In this document: positions 51,101-58,697 of the stretch, in pieces
How the letters are laid out: each line of letters begins with the position of its first letter
Position numbering within the stretch: the first letter of the stretch is position 1
Assembly: GCF_009834535.1 (NCBI RefSeq)
Contig: NC_045696.1
Location: 11,162,001-11,226,000, forward strand
DNA: 64,000 nucleotides
From: Camelus ferus
Taxonomy: Eukaryota
Reading direction: 5' to 3'
The notes under the pieces: model-generated
Database searches by the model: none
Told to the model about the DNA's origin: nothing
What the model saw: the letters and a program-made list of their open reading frames with translations, nothing else
Position numbers and translations under genes: made by a program

Positions 51101-54100
51101 TGTCCCACCTGAGACCTCATGTCGGGGTCAGGGCGCAGGGCAGCAGTGGTCGTGGGTGGGCTCTGAGGCTGCAGGCGGTCTGCACAGATGGGAGGCAGTG
51201 ATCCGAGGGTGGAACGAGGGGGAGGAGGTGTCGGCCCCGTTGCACTCTAGAGCCAAGTGTTCCAGGGCATGTCTGAGCCCTGTCTTCTCTGTGGTGGTTC
51301 CCTCAGTGAGAGGCCAATGGGTTGGGTGTTAGCTGTGCTGTCTTATGTGAGGCCAAGCCTGGCTGATTGGAGCTTAGGCAGGAGGCTGATGACTGGGCGA
51401 GGGGAGCGATGTCTCCGAAGGACCTGACATCCAGGAGTGGTTTCTGAACCACGAGGGAAGCCTGTATGCGTGCAGAACTAAGGTGTCCTACTGCATTTTA
51501 ATTCTTGAGAACTAATACCCTGGACAAGGATTAGAAAGCCCCCAAGGACAGGGATTTTTGATGTTTGATGTCCAGCCCCTCACTTGCCTGCTCCAGCCGA
51601 CCGCGGGGTGTCCTGCTGGCACCTCTGTGAGTGACTGTCTGCCTGTGTCCACAGAGGAGCACATGTACCTGAAGGTCAACAAGTTCCTGCTGTCCCACGA
51701 GTACCTGAACATGAGCAAAGTCCCGGGCTTCTACCAGTTCTTCTACAGCTCCGACTTTGAGGTACTGCTCCCGCAAAGTCTCCCCAGTCACTTTCCCGGC
51801 GCCCCCGTCCAGGCTGTGGGCTGTGCAGCATGGGTGGGACAGGAGGCCAGGCGGGTGGGGGCGATCGCAAGCCTGCGTGCAGAGGCACTGTCCAGCCCAC
51901 GCGGTGACTCTTAGGTGGCTTCTCAGACGTCGCAGGGCCCTGTGTGTCATGGTATCTTCGTTCTATTCTTTTGGCGAATCACTGGATCGAATATTAAATG
52001 TGCTTTTAGAGGACACCCCCCTGAATTAGCACAGTTCAGTGTTTGAACTTGACCTGGTCCTTTATTCCTGACCTGAAGAAGCCAAATCAGAGAAGAGGTG
52101 GAGGACTTTTAATAGCACGTCCAGAAACAGGGGGTTGGGGCTGCGGTGCCGCCGTCTGTGCCACCACCCGAAAATCGTGGTGTTTGAAGGGTTTCCAGAG
52201 ACAAGGGCCTTCACTTACTCAACTAGTGTCTTGTTTGCTTGGGTTACAGCAAAAAGCGGAACAGGAGTGGGTGTTCGGGATTCTGCGCCAGGGGCTGCGG
52301 GACAAGCACTGCTACGAGCTCTGCGCGCGGCGGGGCGTCCTGCACGTCCTGCTGGCCTTCTTCCACAGCCCACTGTGCAGCGGCCAGGCCCAGGTAGGCG
52401 GCGTCAGGGGGCCTGAGGCTCCGCCCTTCCTCCGGGTCTGTTTGCAGGTCAGGTCCGATGGATTCTAACTCCAGCCTGACCCACTAGTTTGACATGAACT
52501 TCCTGTGCCCTCGCCCGAGGGCGGGGCCTGCGAAGAGGGAGGAGCTGTTGAGTAATCACGAGGCTTTGAGAGTTCTGGAGACACGTGGCCCCCAAAAACA
52601 AGTGAGGTGCTTGGAGACACTCAAGCCGCCAGGACGTCACGTGGTGCACAGAAGCCATAAGACATCCAAACTGGGAAACTAGGGCCAGGGGTCGAGGCTG
52701 CCCGCCTCGCAGCAGCTGACGGGGGGTGGGGGGCATCGGCAGTAAGCCCCGCCCCCTGCGGCGGGAGCGCGTGCGGAGCGTGTACACGCAGGGGCCGCTG
52801 GGGGAGTGACTGGGGAGCCTGTGGCATTTTGATTAATTCCTAGTGCGGTCAGCTTTTGTTTCTGATATTATGTACAATGTGGGTAAACAGCAGTGACTCA
52901 GGACTCAGAGACACATTTGAATAAACTGAATTTAAATAGGGTAGATTCTTATTTTTTATGGTTTGTGAGCATTCTAGAGCACCCAGTTAGCAGTTCTGGG
53001 GACAGTCCCGTCTTTCTGTCCTCCTTCCCAGGTGGTAGAATTGAGGTGATGAAATGAGCCTTCAGCAGCTCATGGCTGGGCTAGAAATGGGTCCGCATTC
53101 TCTCCCCACTCAGGCTGCTGCGGATGCAGGCCGTGTGGTTTCCACACTGAGTCTTTGCTGGTGATGGATCAGCAGACGTAGCGTCCGCCCGGGCCAGTGA
53201 CTGCTGTGGCGGTCTGTGTCCTCTAGCTGTCGCTGGTGGGGAGAGGGGTGCTCCCGCATGGCCACCACTCTTACAGACTTAGCAGATGTCACATGCAGCC
53301 ACCACCTATCATTGTAACATACCATGCTGTGGTTTAAAGTATTCTTTTGATCAAATGAGTCAAGTTTCCCCACTGAAGAGTGACTTTTTTGTTTTGGGTT
53401 TTCAGAATTGGATTTTGGAAATACTGCAAAATGCTGCCCGGGACGCCAAATCTGCCTACGAGATCCTGCGGGACTACAGCCTCTTGACATGGATCTTACA
53501 CATCTTCGAGAGCAAGTGAGCACCTTGTGTGTGAGAGACCTTGTGTGTGAGAGGTGTGTGTCAGGCAGAAGGCGGGGACGGAGACAGTGGCATCTCCCTC
53601 TGGCTCTGGTGTCAACTGGAAATATCCAGTAGCATCCATGTTCTCCGACACAGCGTCCTCTACCTACCTGTCACCAACCTCCTGGTGATGCCAATATGGC
53701 ATTTCTTCACTTTAAATCTGTCTTCTGAGCATCTTGTCTGCCGTGGAGTGACAGGCGCCAGCTACTGCCTGCGTTTGGTGGAGGCTCTGCCCGCCGACCA
53801 ATCTGTCCTAGCTGCGCAGCCCAGAGGCCTCCCCTGGAGTGGTGTCCTCCATCTGAGGTGTCAGGACAGCTGCCCTGCCTGAGGTAGAAACCAGGAGCCC
53901 TCAGTGTCAGGAGCACTCGTTTGGCGATGTGGGTAACAGCCCTCCACTCCCGCCCAGTGTCAAGGTGCTTGGGGAGGGGCCAGTGCCCGAGTGTGTCCAG
54001 AACCTGGTGGGCATTTGTCCTGTTATCTGGGGGGACTAACCACTAGGGTTCAGTTTCTCACTGTTCTGGAGGCCGAAAGTCTGAGATCAGGGGCCAGCAT

Positions 54101-57100
54101 GGCCGGGTTTGGGGAGTGCTCTCTCCATGGCTGCCAGACTGCTGACAGACTGCTGATTGCCTGCTGTTCCCTCACAGGGCGGGTTAGAGGGAACGGGGAG
54201 CTCTGGTCTCTCCCTCTCCTTACAGGACACCAGTCACATCATGGGCTCCAGCCTCGTGACCACATCTAAACCTAATGGCCTCCCAAAGGCCCCCCTCCAA
54301 ATACAGTCACATTAGGGGTTAAGGGCTTTGACACCCGAGTCTAGGGAGGGGTGGGGCACATGGTTCAGTCCGTAGCCTGGTCTCTATGATTCCTGATAAT
54401 CTCCTGAGTTTGAGGCTGTGTGAAAAGATGAAGACCTTGTCTCAGCAGACAACCCTTGGCTCAAACAGCTGTCCGCGATAAGCCCAGGGATATCCAGGCT
54501 CTTCTGTGCATTTTTTAAATGAATTTTTAAAATATTCTCCAAAAGAAAGTAACACCTTACATCTAGAATGGATATATGGACATCAACTTCTAGACTGTCT
54601 GAGATTTATGAAAGGCACCGTTGGCTGATCGCCTGTTCCCGGCTGTGACCTTTACGATTTAGAGCTGAGCTGTCCTCGTGGGCAGGATGGCTCTTACGGT
54701 GCTGTGGTGGCTCCAGAATATCTCTGTCAGGACTTCAGTGGTCGTCTGGTTAGAAAGGAGGGTTGGGGCCTTGCCCTGGGATGGAGCTGTGTTTCTGTGG
54801 CAGGCACCTGCTCTTACTCAGACGCTGTGCCTGTGTGGGGGCTGCGGTGGCGGGTTGAACCGCTCAGGTGGCTGCCCTGTTGTGGTCTCTTTGTGGTTCC
54901 CACCCCCGCTCCCCTGGCAGATGTCAGTGGGAGGAGAGGCTATGACAGAGGGTGGACTTTGCCACACTTGGTTTCAGGTTTCTGGAGACTCCGCTGCTGT
55001 CCAACGTCATCTCCCTGCTGCACACGCTGTGGGTGACCAACCTGGGGGACAGAGGAGCGGAGGTGGGGGAACAGCCTCCTCGCAGCCTTGGTTCCCAGGA
55101 GCCCCCGAAGCTGCTTGCCCTGCACTTGGTCAATGAGTTCCTCTACGTTCTCCTCGTGCTCTTGAAGCACCTGAGGTGAGCCCCTCCCCGGCGGGTGGGA
55201 CCCCAGGGAGGTCACCCCCAGGCATCCCCTTGGTCACGACTCCACAGGTGGGCTCTGGGCTGGGATTGCCATCATTGTGGTGACATCAGAAAACCTGTTT
55301 CAGCTCTTCCTCTCTCCACTTCGACTTTACGAGGTGCCTTTGAAGACCATGAGAACTTACACACTCAAAACACCTAAAATGTGTCGTGAGATCATTATTA
55401 GCAGACAAACCATCTATCTGGAGATCAGGATTCAGGCGCTCAAAACGATATTTTGTAGAAAGAACGTATTTTCCATGATCTTAACCCAGGGAAGTTAAGC
55501 TTTTCCCAGACTTGCCTCTACCTTCATTAGCCAGCATGGGCTCCCTTATCCATGAATTTACTTGAAAATTTCAGTATTTTCATCTGATCCCTTAGAATTA
55601 CACTCTTGGTTTCCTCAGGGGCGCTCAGTTCCTCTCAGACCCTGCTGTGTTAGAGCAAATACACTGTGCACTGGTGTTTCTGCTTTGGGAACGGGTATGC
55701 TGATGGGAACCAGAATGACAGCAAATGGATTGTTATCTCAGAATGAAAACTTTCTTGACAAAGAGCAGGCGTTTGGTTTTCTGTTCTGAATTCAATTGTT
55801 GAAGCAGTGCTGGACCACCCTTGTTTCTTATTTTGGGTTGTCCAGGACACCATGGTCTCTGAGAACTGATTGTTATTCAGAATAATAATGATTGTAATTT
55901 AAAAATTGTGTGGAGCAGATGGTTTTGAACTTTCAGTTCCTTAGAGCTCAGAGGACTGTGTGTCCTCCGGGGCCCACCGTCAGGTTTGGCCATGGAGGTG
56001 CTGTCCTGGGGCTTTTCTGAGCCTTTTCACTGGGAGCTCCTGAGACGGAAAGGCAGTCCTGGAGTTGTTCTGCGAGGCGGCAGTGCCCTGACCGCCAGGC
56101 TCCTCCGGGCCCTCCCAGTTAGCCGTGGTTTCCTGAGAGCTTTCTGTGCCTCCGGGGTGGAGGCCAGACTCTGGTTCCCTTCTTGCCTTCCCTGGAGCGG
56201 CTCGCTTTTTCCTGCTCTGTGTGCTGGGGTCCACGCTCTTGTCTGTTGAGGACGAACTGTTTGCCCTCTAGGTCTGTGGCTGGTCTGTTGTCCAGCCGCC
56301 TTGGTTATGGGCTGCGGGGTGAGGAGCTGGCTCTTGCTCAGCAGGTGACCTTGGCTCCCAACAGGCCCACCTTGGCCTCTACCCAGCTGACTAGCTTCTT
56401 TGAGACACTCGACTCCGTGCTGAGGTACCGGGCCACCGTCCTGCAGGCCTTCAAGGACCTGAACCGCTTCACCGTGAACGAGGCCGTGCTGTCCACCAGG
56501 GATGTCCTCGTTCTCCTGCACAAGTGGAGCCTCATTGGGAGGGACGTCCGGCTCCAGGAGGACCTGAGAGCAGCTGCGGAGAAACACCAAGTCAGGGAGC
56601 TGCTAAGTGAGTGTCAGACCCATGATCTGTCTTGTGCTCCCCAGAAAGGGCTGGCTTCCACCCAGAGCCGCCAGCATCTGTCCTCTGAGCAGTGTTTCCA
56701 AAGCTGATGAGGCTTGGAGACAGGGCCTGTCTGTCCTCATAGCCCTGGTCGGGGAGGAGATGGGGACCTGGCTTTGAGTTCCAGCTCTGCTGCTCACAGG
56801 TGCTCGGCACAGCTCTAAGCATGGGGCACGCCTCACCATCTGGATCTGTGTGGGGACGGGGGACACTGGTCTCACTGCCTTTCTTTTCTCTGTGTGTAAC
56901 AGAAATGCTCAAAGATAAGAACAAGCCTGTCATGCCAGCGAGAGCCAAAGGCCCTCGGGGCCGGAAGAGGAGGCCTGGGGAGGCAGAGGAGATGGCCGAC
57001 CCTGAGCTGCAGGTGTCCACCCTGGAGACGTGCAAGGGCCTCCTGAGGTCCATATTGACCCACTGGGGGCCGGTGTTCCCCGGGCCGGAGCCCGCTCAGG

Positions 57101-58172
57101 AGCCCACGGACCAGGCCACCCCCGAGAGCGAGGCCCCAGGCGCCGTACACACTGTCACCTCCCTGGTGGCCAGCTGGGCGCTGCACTCGGTGGCCGAGAG
57201 CCCACTCAGCGGGGCAGGGGCTGCCGGCCTCCTGGGCTGGCTGAAGAGTCACGTTGTGCCACAGCCGCTGGTTGTGGCCGACCTTCTTCAGGACGATGCC
57301 GTGAGGAGCAGCTTATTTCGCCTGTATGGCCGGCCCTGCGACGCCGAGGGGCTGGCGGGGCCCGAGCAGGCCATGGCCTGCCTGCTCAACACGGTCATGC
57401 TGCGGCTGCTGGCGGCCCGGGGTCCCGCGGGGAGCGCCGTCCCGCCGGCGGTCGAGGCCCTCCACCTCTCCTCTCTGAGTGCGGAGGATGGAGCCACACA
57501 GGGTAACGCGGGGTCCTGGGCTGGGGGCTGAAGAGATGGGAGAGTGGGCTTGGGGGTGAGGAGCACCTGTTCCTTAGAGCCTGTCAGGTATTGTTGGTTA
57601 AGTATTTGGGCCCCTTATCACCACGTGAAGAATTACGTTTCTCATCGTGACCAGACGTGTGCCTTGTGTGTGTGCGGGCACGCAGGTCCCACAGTTTACA
57701 TGCTTGGCGTCTAGCAGGTGCTTAGTAAAGGGGTTTGACTACACAGATGAAGAAACAGCAAAGGCCGCAGGAGGGCGAGATTAAGCCCAGAGTTAAGCAA
57801 AGGCAGAATTAATTTGTTTTATCTGCGCGTTCACCGCACGTTGCATTTAAGGGCTTGGCTGAGCCTGGGGCCCCGTGCACGTGGGCGGGTGACTTGTGGG
57901 CTGGTAGATTGCGTCCTAATGGTCCTGTTGTCCCTTCCTCAGCCACTGCCACATTCCTGGTGTCTCTGTACATTAAGGATGTCTGGCTCGGGGCCCAGCG
58001 GCCAGACACCCTCTTGACCCACATCCAGATGGTCCTCGACGCCGCAGAGGATGCGCAGGCTGGTGACGAGGAGGCCGTCGTCAGGCTCTGCAAGGACATC
58101 TCAGCCCAGTGCCCCGCTGTGGATGCCCAGCCGGCCGGTGCCTCCAGCTCCGGCTTCTGGGACTCGGGTTGA
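1..58172 (+). CDS. URB1: URB1/NPA1 ribosome biogenesis factor, 37 coding exons (human exons 3-39), 5' partial, about 2177 aa in window after correcting one extra base
   Basis: Spliced translation is colinear with recalled human URB1 from DLSHFHVVGTNIVKK to FLVSLYIKDVWLGAQRPDTLLTH; all introns GT-AG with compatible phases except the +1 in exon 4; synteny with MRAP. Confidence 0.98.
240..625 (+). mobile_element. L2 3' end relic
   Basis: CAGTGTCTAGTACGTAGTAGGTGCTCAGCAA terminal motif; boundaries approximate. Confidence 0.65.
999..1132 (+). CDS. URB1: URB1 exon 4 (apparent +1 frameshift at 1099-1101)
   Basis: MARACLNLMAAMVTQGPEAARDVCSHFDLNKKT, then YTLVTKRDSK in the shifted frame; cag| acceptor, |gtgaga donor. 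Confidence 0.93.
2009..2145 (+). mobile_element. tRNA-derived SINE, Vic-1-like (camelid)
   Basis: GGGAGGGTATAGCTCAGTGGTAGAG (A box), GGATTCAATCCC (B box), AAACCTAATTAC body, A-rich tail, degenerate TSD. Confidence 0.85.
4590..4795 (+). mobile_element. MIR SINE
   Basis: MIR core CCTCGGTTTCCTCATCTGTAAAATGGG and 3' end TGGCACGTGGTAAGTGCTCAATGAATG. Confidence 0.85.
5768..5864 (+). CDS. URB1: URB1 exon 5
   Basis: GVPDVRLAYIQFALSFLIAGDDSTVGQVLELK; cag|...|gtaggt. Confidence 0.95.
6920..7330 (+). mobile_element. L1ME-type relic
   Basis: CATTTATCCTAAGGAAATAAT and downstream L1 3' motifs; boundaries approximate. Confidence 0.55.
8006..8091 (+). CDS. URB1: URB1 exon 6
   Basis: FIPCIFSSGIKEDRISTINILLSTLKTK; ttcag|...|gtacgt. 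Confidence 0.95.
8410..8835 (+). mobile_element. L1ME-type relic
   Basis: GGTTAAATAAGTTATGG..GGAAATATACCAAAA; boundaries approximate. Confidence 0.55.
8881..9006 (+). CDS. URB1: URB1 exon 7
   Basis: VVHNKNITKTQKVRFFSGQVLNHIASLYSWNGIVDVSLESIE. Confidence 0.95.
9834..9883. repeat. 24-bp perfect tandem duplication containing palindromes
   Basis: TGTTTAAAAATACAGGTTTAAACC x2. Confidence 0.95.
9985..10215 (+). mobile_element. MER21-like LTR fragment
   Basis: TCACTCAGAAAATTATAAGGGTTTTAAGAGCTCTGTGCCAGGAACTGGGGAC. Confidence 0.6.
10906..11030 (+). CDS. URB1: URB1 exon 8
   Basis: TSAEDAGKAMVRELVHNFLTDLCCSLKHGINFYDASLGTFG; |gtaagt. Confidence 0.95.
11330..11480 (-). mobile_element. MIR SINE
   Basis: CCCAGTTTTGCAGATGAGGGAACTGGGCACAGAG. 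Confidence 0.75.
12290..12540 (+). mobile_element. L2 3' end relic
   Basis: ACAGTGCTTGGCACGTAGTAGGTG terminal motif. Confidence 0.65.
12557..12756 (+). mobile_element. MER58A-like hAT DNA transposon relic
   Basis: AAGGGTTGGCAAATCTTTTCCGT..GGGCCAGATGGTAAGTATTTTAG. Confidence 0.7.
14179..14374 (+). CDS. URB1: URB1 exon 9
   Basis: GGNLTLLHFLLGLKTAADDELV...WLNNIKLLNK. Confidence 0.95.
15433..15570 (+). CDS. URB1: URB1 exon 10
   Basis: IYDAQPDISRAFQTKEFIPLPRLL...MFTQALN; |gtgagt. Confidence 0.95.
18105..18275 (+). CDS. URB1: URB1 exon 11
   Basis: LDSKAVKHTALSLISVILKRALKT...FREALSK. Confidence 0.95.
18875..19004 (+). CDS. URB1: URB1 exon 12
   Basis: ILPDLNTIVWVWQSFRKQETKQDDEKGKK...APQS. Confidence 0.93.
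19400..19580 (-). mobile_element. MIR SINE
   Basis: CCCATTGTTCAGATGAGGACACTAAAGCATAGAG..CCAAGGTCACAGC. Confidence 0.75.
19746..19862 (+). CDS. URB1: URB1 exon 13
   Basis: DAETILLKAVLLQVICLYQKVVPHVVMQYNFDFSKLLK. Confidence 0.95.
21681..21793 (+). CDS. URB1: URB1 exon 14
   Basis: VISEEGLREEVPPILQHHILKVALELPASKFLWLKAQ. Confidence 0.95.
23638..23757 (+). CDS. URB1: URB1 exon 15
   Basis: EGPDAEIIGGKRSVFYLLMKMFVTSSHSQLKSSTKLLIVK. Confidence 0.95.
23935..24155 (+). mobile_element. MIR SINE
   Basis: GGTTTGAGTCCTGGTTCTGCCACTT..AAGTTGCTTGGCCTCTCTGAG. Confidence 0.75.
25231..25347 (+). CDS. URB1: URB1 exon 16
   Basis: ILRDTGVFEHTWKELELWLEHL...IQFLER. Confidence 0.95.
25802..25940 (+). CDS. URB1: URB1 exon 17
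   Basis: VLLTLVANPYSYTDKASDFVQEAS...VSHID. Confidence 0.95.
26150..26390 (-). mobile_element. MIR SINE
   Basis: CTGAGGCACAGAGAGGTTAAGCAATCTGC..GGATTTGACTCCAG. Confidence 0.8.
26622..26685. repeat. 27-bp tandem repeat, about 2.4 copies
   Basis: TCTTGCTCATCCTTYCCTGGGGKTCCT. Confidence 0.9.
26738..26908 (+). CDS. URB1: URB1 exon 18
   Basis: VLDMVDVLVEGSEGLDEEIG...NKLLLGTENEA. Confidence 0.95.
27297..27655. mobile_element. Old MLT1-type MaLR LTR
   Basis: TGTAATTAGTCAGGA..GCTGCAGTAACAGATAAGCCCC..CTCAGGGATCCAGGCTG. Confidence 0.6.
27928..28121 (+). CDS. URB1: URB1 exon 19
   Basis: DSIVAYLTGVLTDLLHTQRDPLALCLLLQ...WIPEPAREAL. Confidence 0.94.
28448..28678 (+). CDS. URB1: URB1 exon 20
   Basis: PLQTSGSPAPP...LLLYVRSTVENFGQ; a second in-frame CAG ends at 28456. 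Confidence 0.88.
29341..29520 (+). CDS. URB1: URB1 exon 21
   Basis: LGKSTGPPLLQFLLDLLRRLVVHCEQLDAQNQQ...LELANDK. Confidence 0.95.
30392..30429. repeat. 14-bp tandem repeat, about 2.7 copies
   Basis: GGGTCACTCGGTGG. Confidence 0.9.
30999..31851 (+). CDS. URB1: URB1 exon 22 (853 nt)
   Basis: TLEEVLGAILRHPTLEGW...YLQCRARGPFTRPAG; lies inside the 300-aa ORF 30990-31892. Confidence 0.97.
32575..32765 (+). mobile_element. MER63-like hAT relic
   Basis: CAGTGGCGTGCTGGTGAATGTTTAA..GTAGCATTTACCAATTTCC..TTTCAAGCTAC. Confidence 0.65.
32798..32999 (+). CDS. URB1: URB1 exon 23
   Basis: SSAVIPVLRKALWRQLQ...APGSHK. Confidence 0.95.
33186..33412 (+). mobile_element. MER20-like hAT DNA transposon relic
   Basis: GTGATTCTCAACCAGGGGTGATTTTGCCC..TTGGCAATGTCTG..CCAAATGTCAGTAGGGCCGAGG. 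Confidence 0.8.
33662..33845 (+). CDS. URB1: URB1 exon 24
   Basis: WMVADSISAVLEESAEELCAW...MLLRLNELL. Confidence 0.95.
34060..34670 (-). mobile_element. Old L1M fragments
   Basis: TTTATATATTGTTGGATTTG..TTAAGAATTTTTG..TATACTGGCCTCA; boundaries approximate. Confidence 0.7.
34701..34905 (-). mobile_element. Unidentified poly(A)-tailed retroposed fragment
   Basis: T11 tract; direct repeats TGAYGCATCC(T)n at 34691 and 34906; TTTT/AA at the right end. Confidence 0.65.
36177..36235 (+). CDS. URB1: URB1 exon 25
   Basis: NSLNEVDPGAWQKFVKTGL; catag|...|gtaagt. Confidence 0.93.
37341..37506 (-). mobile_element. tRNA-derived SINE, Vic-1-like (camelid)
   Basis: Reverse complement of the same head with A and B boxes; poly-T tail; TSD TTGATGGGAG at 37327-37336 and 37508-37517. 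Confidence 0.88.
37913..38106 (+). CDS. URB1: URB1 exon 26
   Basis: YRYQDHAFLKALC...QHSLFLPTLL...DSHVK. Confidence 0.95.
39116..39226 (+). CDS. URB1: URB1 exon 27
   Basis: ALVDLMSVVVRMCPSVCKNSHFAVLLGAYGATLSIL. Confidence 0.95.
39232..39316. repeat. About 30-bp G-rich minisatellite, 3 copies
   Basis: GGTGTGGRGACYGGGYGGWGGGA at 39232, 39261 and 39292. Confidence 0.85.
39387..39450 (+). CDS. URB1: URB1 exon 28
   Basis: QKILLLLRAYEQNNLSLIDF; |gtgagt. Confidence 0.95.
41740..41995 (+). mobile_element. MIR SINE
   Basis: TTTGAATTCCTGCTCTGCCGCTTACCAGCTG..GGGGATGATAATAGCACCTAC. Confidence 0.8.
42219..42390 (+). CDS. URB1: URB1 exon 29
   Basis: VLLWGPAAVEHHKTCRSLGKSLWQQPSVGDILRLLDRD...LLPRE. Confidence 0.95.
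42756..42858 (+). CDS. URB1: URB1 exon 30
   Basis: DAQELIFKDKSTADLDGLYDPCFLLHLFSELTRP. Confidence 0.95.
43365..43910 (-). mobile_element. L1 ORF2 C-terminal relic
   Basis: Minus-strand translation TPCTKINSKQISDVNVKPTTIKL...GIGKDFL and MQIQTTLRHH resemble L1 ORF2p. Confidence 0.85.
46548..47028 (-). mobile_element. 5'-truncated L1 3' UTR with 12-bp TSD
   Basis: L1 3'-end-type sequence; ATCCTTTTACTT at 46536-46547 and 47029-47040. Confidence 0.8.
47041..48690 (-). mobile_element. Old L1M fragments
   Basis: Motifs such as TTTCTTGTAGACAG..ATCCAGTCTGAC..CCATTTACATTTAATGT; boundaries approximate. Confidence 0.7.
50040..50200 (+). CDS. URB1: URB1 exon 31
   Basis: FVVDCRKFVDSNALGLTVMALSSYDPQMR...FREQSQ. 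Confidence 0.95.
50595..50706 (+). CDS. URB1: URB1 exon 32
   Basis: VLYLLDVVRNGIRTQNMRLTFILALFIAKAALQILKP. Confidence 0.95.
51655..51761 (+). CDS. URB1: URB1 exon 33
   Basis: EHMYLKVNKFLLSHEYLNMSKVPGFYQFFYSSDFE. Confidence 0.95.
52250..52393 (+). CDS. URB1: URB1 exon 34
   Basis: QKAEQEWVFGILRQGLRDKHCYELCARRG...SGQAQ. Confidence 0.95.
53406..53515 (+). CDS. URB1: URB1 exon 35
   Basis: NWILEILQNAARDAKSAYEILRDYSLLTWILHIFES. Confidence 0.95.
53522..53553. repeat. 16-bp tandem duplication next to the exon 35 donor
   Basis: ACCTTGTGTGTGAGAG x2. Confidence 0.9.
54015..54376. mobile_element. MLT1-type MaLR LTR
   Basis: TCTCACTGTTCTGGAGGCCGAAAGTCTGAGATCAGGG..CCTCCCAAAGGCCCC..CCAAATACAGTCACATTAGGGGTTA. 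Confidence 0.8.
54978..55175 (+). CDS. URB1: URB1 exon 36
   Basis: FLETPLLSNVISLLHTLWVTNLGD...VLLKHL. Confidence 0.95.
56365..56606 (+). CDS. URB1: URB1 exon 37
   Basis: PTLASTQLTSFFETLDSVLRYRATV...QVRELL. Confidence 0.95.
56903..57502 (+). CDS. URB1: URB1 exon 38
   Basis: MLKDKNKPVMPARAKGPRGRKRRPGE (basic NLS-like stretch)...AEDGATQ. Confidence 0.96.
57943..58172 (+). CDS. URB1: URB1 exon 39 coding part, TGA stop
   Basis: TATFLVSLYIKDVWLGAQRPDTLLTH...GFWDSG*. Confidence 0.95.
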
Positions 58173-58339
58173 GCTGAAGGTTCCCGTGGAAGGCCTGCGA
58201 GATGACCGTGTTGTATATTGACTCGGTGTCCTGACAGGAAGTTGACTTTACTTAATTGACAAATAACAAGCTCAGGGGACTGTGTGTGCAAGGTGATCAG
58301 AGTCACAGGGGGCTTGGGGCCTTCGGGCCACGAGCAGGG

Positions 58340-58429
58340 AAGACCCTTCTTAGGGTTTCATTGTTCCTCAAAGAAATACCTCAAATTGAGGTAGCACTTC
58401 TGAGCACTTAAGGGATTCGTGGATGTTAG
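58340..58429 (-). pseudogene. MRAP: Out-of-frame counterpart of the human MRAP-beta terminal exon
   Basis: Minus strand tttcag|CT AAC ATC CAC GAA TCC CTT AAG TGC TCA GAA GTG CTA CCT CAA = NIHESLKCSEVLPQ, versus recalled human beta NTDESLLHSEVLPQ. Confidence 0.75.
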
Positions 58430-58443
58430 CTGAAATGTCCAAA

Positions 58444-58697
58444 AATAAATCAAGCTCAAGAGCATGAAGAGAGATGTTGAAGTTTCCTTTCTGTAGGAAA
58501 TCATGACAACAACTTGTGTGGCTTTTTGAATAAATAATCCCTGCCAGTGTTGTGTTGATTTTTTATTAAATAAAAAGATGTCAAAGTAAATCCTTACAGT
58601 ATCAAACTGACTTGACTTCTGCTTTGGGAAGATAACCTGCATTTTTTTAAATTGTGTTTCAAAGAAGGGATTGTACTTTTTATAACTTGTTAATAAA
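58444..58697 (+). terminator. Cluster of candidate URB1 polyadenylation signals
   Basis: AATAAA at 58444, 58529, 58569 and 58692; the last is followed by GT/T-rich sequence. Confidence 0.65.
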
